Assembly (NCBI GenBank): GCA_034519525.1
Contig: JAXHOJ010000018.1
Coordinates: 48 to 64,047 of the forward strand
DNA length: 64,000 bases
Source: Gemmobacter sp.
GTDB lineage: Bacteria; Pseudomonadota; Alphaproteobacteria; Rhodobacterales; Rhodobacteraceae
Direction of reading: 5' to 3'
The notes below the pieces were generated by a model that did no database searches, was not told the DNA's origin, and saw nothing but the letters and a program-made list of their open reading frames with translations. A program made the position numbers and the translations under genes. Positions 63,587-64,000 of this stretch are shown one piece after another (the first letter of the stretch is position 1; every line of letters begins with the position of its first letter).

Positions 63587-64000
63587 TCAGCCCTCGAGGA
63601 TGAATTCCGGCGTGTGATCCACCGGAAAGTTCACCGACCGTGCGATGAAACACACTTCGGGGATACGGTGATGGATCGCTTCGGCCAGCGCCAGATCGGT
63701 GCCCGCCGCCACCCGGATCACCGGGCGCAAAGTGGCGGCGGTAAACCGCCCTGCGCCGCCCCGCCCCAGCTCGCCGCGGCCCAGCGGCCGGTCTTCATAG
63801 CCCAGAACCACGATCCCCGCATCCGAGGCGTAATGCAGATACCACAGCATATGACAGGCCGAGAGCGCCGAAAGCAGCAGGTCTTCGGGGTTCATCTTGC
63901 CCGGATCGCCGCCCAGCAGCGGATCATTGGAACAGCTGACCACCGGCTTGCCCGGCACGGCGATATCCCATGTCCGGTCATAGGCGCGGTAATGCGCCGT
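63587..64000 (-). CDS. OsmC/Ohr-family protein (5' end off window)
   Basis: NPEDLLLSALSACHMLWYL...CFIARSV. Confidence 0.85.
   Translation of the reverse strand, partial: TAHYRAYDRTWDIAVPGKPVVSCSNDPLLGGDPGKMNPEDLLLSALSACHMLWYLHYASDAGIVVLGYEDRPLGRGELGRGGAGRFTAATLRPVIRVAAGTDLALAEAIHHRIPEVCFIARSVNFPVDHTPEFILEG

Overview
High-GC alphaproteobacterial chromosome segment; gene content and order look Rhodobacteraceae-like. Most of it is housekeeping: gcvTHP with a tandem glycine riboswitch, gltX, nadE, leuA with a Leu-rich leader, mreBCD-mrdA-rodA, putA/putR, lepA, a broken-up dcw cluster (murD | ftsW-murG-murC) and an RpiR/TRAP/gamma-glutamylation catabolic cluster. The left ~4 kb lies 3' of tRNA-Ala(CGC) and looks like a decayed genomic island. 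It holds an integrase stub, an XRE regulator with operators and the copper genes mbnP-mbnH. The most interesting signals are small regulatory ORFs: two independent signal-peptide/CxxC/RAPP (DUF2946, CruR/CutF-like) leaders, each upstream of a periplasmic copper gene, and an unannotated 8-codon uORF upstream of an orphan YjhX/TopAI gene. Other points are a 349-bp element with perfect 38-bp terminal inverted repeats around a 75-bp ABAB array, and an inverted murD. Many conserved or essential genes carry single-base frameshifts, most likely uncorrected long-read errors. All calls come from reading motifs by eye; no database searches were run.
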